Below are positions 62,068-64,000 of a stretch of DNA of 64,000 nt, piece after piece. Where the stretch lies: positions 73,367 through 137,366 of IMG/VR virus record IMGVR_UViG_3300017589_000061. The stretch is one strand, 5' to 3'. Under the pieces are notes generated by a model that was given only the letters and a program-made list of their open reading frames with translations, was not told the origin of the DNA and searched no databases. How positions within the stretch are numbered: the first letter of the stretch is position 1; every line of letters begins with the position of its first letter. The translations under genes were made by a program, and so were the position numbers. This DNA comes from a virus.

Positions 62068-63995
62068 ATCGAGTAGGAGGTAATTAATTATTTTAATTAC
62101 CGTCCTCTCACACCACCGTACGTACCGTTCGGTATACGGCGGTTCAATAGAATTTAACATTTAGAAATTTAACATTTAGATGTGTATATTTTAGTTAAAG
62201 ATACTAATCCGGCTTTTTCAAGTTTGGCATTAGTAATAGAAGTTGCTAAGATAGGGCTATTGGATATTCTCCAATACCCTTTTCTTGTATTAGCAAATTC
62301 CCATGACTTTTGTTTAGAAATTCCAAGTTTTTGTAAATTATTAAATTTCGTACTAACTTTCTTCCATTGTTTCCAATAACACATTCTAATTCTTCGTCTT
62401 AGCCATTTATCAATGCTTTTCATCCAGAATTTCATATCAGCCAGTTTGAAATAATTTATCCAACCTACGACTAATTGCTTAATCTTTTTATAGGTCGTTT
62501 CGATATTTCCAATTTTGCTTCTACCTGTTAATAGCTTTAGCTTAGCCTTAAGTTTTCTTATTGACTTTTCATGTACCTTCATTCTAATTTCGTCTTCTTT
62601 CCTGTAAAAGGTATACCCCAAGAACTTACATTCCCATGGTCTTTCCACTTTACTTTTATCAGTGTTAACTCTCAATTTAAGGTCTTGTTCAATATATTTT
62701 GTAATACTTTTCATTACTCTGTCAGCTGCTTTCTTGCTTTTAACATATATATTGCAGTCATCTGCATATCTTGCAAATTTTAGACCTCTTTTGGTCAGTT
62801 CCTTATCAAGTTCATTAAGCATTATGTTGCTTAATAATGGTGATAAATTTCCACCTTGGGGTACGCCTAATGTCGTCGCATTGACAACTCCATTTATCAT
62901 TACCCCTACATTAAGATATTTTCTGATAAGAGAGATTACTCTTATATCTTTGATTTCTTTGTAAACCAATCCTATTAATATATCATGATTTACGGTGTCA
63001 AAATATGAAGCTAAGTCAATATCTACTAACCAAGTATAACCTTCATTCATATACTCTTGGCACCTTCTCAAGGCATCATGTGCACTTCTGTTTGGCCTGA
63101 AACCAAAACTGTTATCTGAAAATGTCTTTTCGAATATTGGGCTTAGTACTTGTGCTATTGATTGTTGTACTACTCTATCTACAACTGTTGGTATCCCAAG
63201 TTGTCTCTTCTTCCCGTTATCTTTTGGTATTTCTACCCTTCTAACAGGTAATGGGGCATATGTCCCATCAAGCAATGATTGTCTTAAGTTTGCACCATTT
63301 TCTTTAAGATACGATAGAAGTTCATCCGTCGTTAATCCATCAATCCCATGGCTTCCTTTATTCTTCACTACTCTTTTAAATGCCTCATTCATATTGTTTC
63401 TGTGAAGAATTTTCTCTAACAGATTGCTTGTATACACATTTCTGTCGTTTTGTTTCCTATCAGACGTCAATGAAATACTCGGCGCTTTCCCATTATCCTT
63501 AAGTTCCACTTTGCTTTCATGGGAGTAACCTTCTATATGAAGTTGTCTGCTTTCTGCGTATTTCTTTGTTCCTTTCAATTCTTCAAAACCTCCTATTGTT
63601 CAGTCCTTCCTAAATGTCGTCGACTCCATTTAGTACTATGACCTCTGCTGACTTCTCATGTCTCAGCTATACATCACTGTATAGGTTGTTATTTCTAGAT
63701 TCATATCCATAACGTACACACGAGACCTCCCCAGGTAAGGACGACCGCCTTCATCTCATCTATCTGCCATATTTACTGCATACACTTCGGGTAGTATTGG
63801 ACTTCGTTTTGTTTAGCAAACTCATCCAGTGTACACAGCCTTATATATGGTTCGTGTTCCTCAGACCGAGACTTTGCCTCCGACTTCCTTCAGATTCCAC
63901 CTCACGATGGACACCCTTGTCTTTGGCTAATGGTTGCTACTACCAAGCCCCATAACGGACTTTCACCGTCAAGCTGTCGCCCATGCTGGGCACAC
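62068..63995 (-). mobile_element. Complete group IIC intron (about 1.93 kb)
   Basis: 5' end GTGTGCCCAGCATGGGCG at 63995; domain V GAACCGCCGTATACCGAACGGTACGTACGGTGGT (CGC triad); domain VI ends CCTCCTACTCGAT at 62068. Confidence 0.92.
62169..63578 (-). CDS. ltrA: Group II intron reverse transcriptase/maturase, no endonuclease domain
   Basis: RQLGIPTVVDR, GFRPNRS, PQGGNLSP, RYADD, FLGY, GWINYF; no HNH at the C-terminus. Confidence 0.95.
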   Translation of the reverse strand: MKGTKKYAESRQLHIEGYSHESKVELKDNGKAPSISLTSDRKQNDRNVYTSNLLEKILHRNNMNEAFKRVVKNKGSHGIDGLTTDELLSYLKENGANLRQSLLDGTYAPLPVRRVEIPKDNGKKRQLGIPTVVDRVVQQSIAQVLSPIFEKTFSDNSFGFRPNRSAHDALRRCQEYMNEGYTWLVDIDLASYFDTVNHDILIGLVYKEIKDIRVISLIRKYLNVGVMINGVVNATTLGVPQGGNLSPLLSNIMLNELDKELTKRGLKFARYADDCNIYVKSKKAADRVMKSITKYIEQDLKLRVNTDKSKVERPWECKFLGYTFYRKEDEIRMKVHEKSIRKLKAKLKLLTGRSKIGNIETTYKKIKQLVVGWINYFKLADMKFWMKSIDKWLRRRIRMCYWKQWKKVSTKFNNLQKLGISKQKSWEFANTRKGYWRISNSPILATSITNAKLEKAGLVSLTKIYTSKC

Positions 63996-64000
63996 TAAAA

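Larger units (their letters stand above)
1..64000. mobile_element. Segment of a large SPbeta-like Firmicutes phage/prophage genome
   Basis: Dense short ORFs with GGAG/GAGG RBS, phage-type replisome, anaerobic RNR, holin/endolysin and tail-fibre genes; no host housekeeping operons. Confidence 0.92.

Noticed and set aside
62011-62160. N-terminal extension of ORF 61618-62160
   Set aside because: It runs through intron domains V/VI and the B box; an RBS-supported start exists at 62010
747-62964. Short opposite-strand or nested ORFs in the track (e.g. 747-944, 5981-6247, 8817-9107, 36271-36567, 53908-54261, 62662-62964)
   Set aside because: They overlap well-supported genes, lack an obvious RBS and look like shadow ORFs
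53592-63578. Diversity-generating retroelement (RT near Mtd_N-like fibre genes)
   Set aside because: The RT has group II features (YADD, maturase domain) and sits in a full IIC ribozyme; no TR/VR pair or avd gene seen
1-64000. tRNA or rRNA genes
   Set aside because: No cloverleaf or rRNA-like segment recognised by eye; tRNAscan-SE would confirm

Overview
An AT-rich (about 27% GC by eye) segment of a large temperate-type Firmicutes phage or prophage, probably with an anaerobic clostridial host and an SPbeta-like layout. On the + strand (1-45.6 kb) are dozens of small accessory ORFs, three orphan DNA methyltransferases, a nucleotidyltransferase, a replisome module (SSB-like, ERF, DnaB, primase, RecJ, DnaE), a solo TnpB, XRE, HNH, ClpP, a beta-CASP nuclease and a dNTP-supply block (NrdH/D/G, dCMP deaminase, dUTPase, Gmk, ThyX). 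On the - strand (45.7-64 kb) are RusA, a primase-like Rep protein, two tyrosine recombinases, lysis genes, tail/fibre genes and a complete group IIC intron. The main unexplained signal is a dispersed site system. About 38 copies of an 18-bp inverted repeat ATAAAA-N6-TTTTAT ('A site') lie almost always at boundaries between accessory genes. Fourteen copies of a 14-bp palindrome GTTGAAATTTCAAC ('B box') each sit next to an A site, 13 of them at exactly 12 or 22 bp. A Xer-like recombinase gene ends inside one composite site and the group IIC intron appears to have inserted into another. This suggests a phage-borne, integron/pdif-like gene-cassette system, or alternatively a genome-wide two-protein operator network. 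All motif counts were made by eye and family calls come from motif recognition, not database searches.
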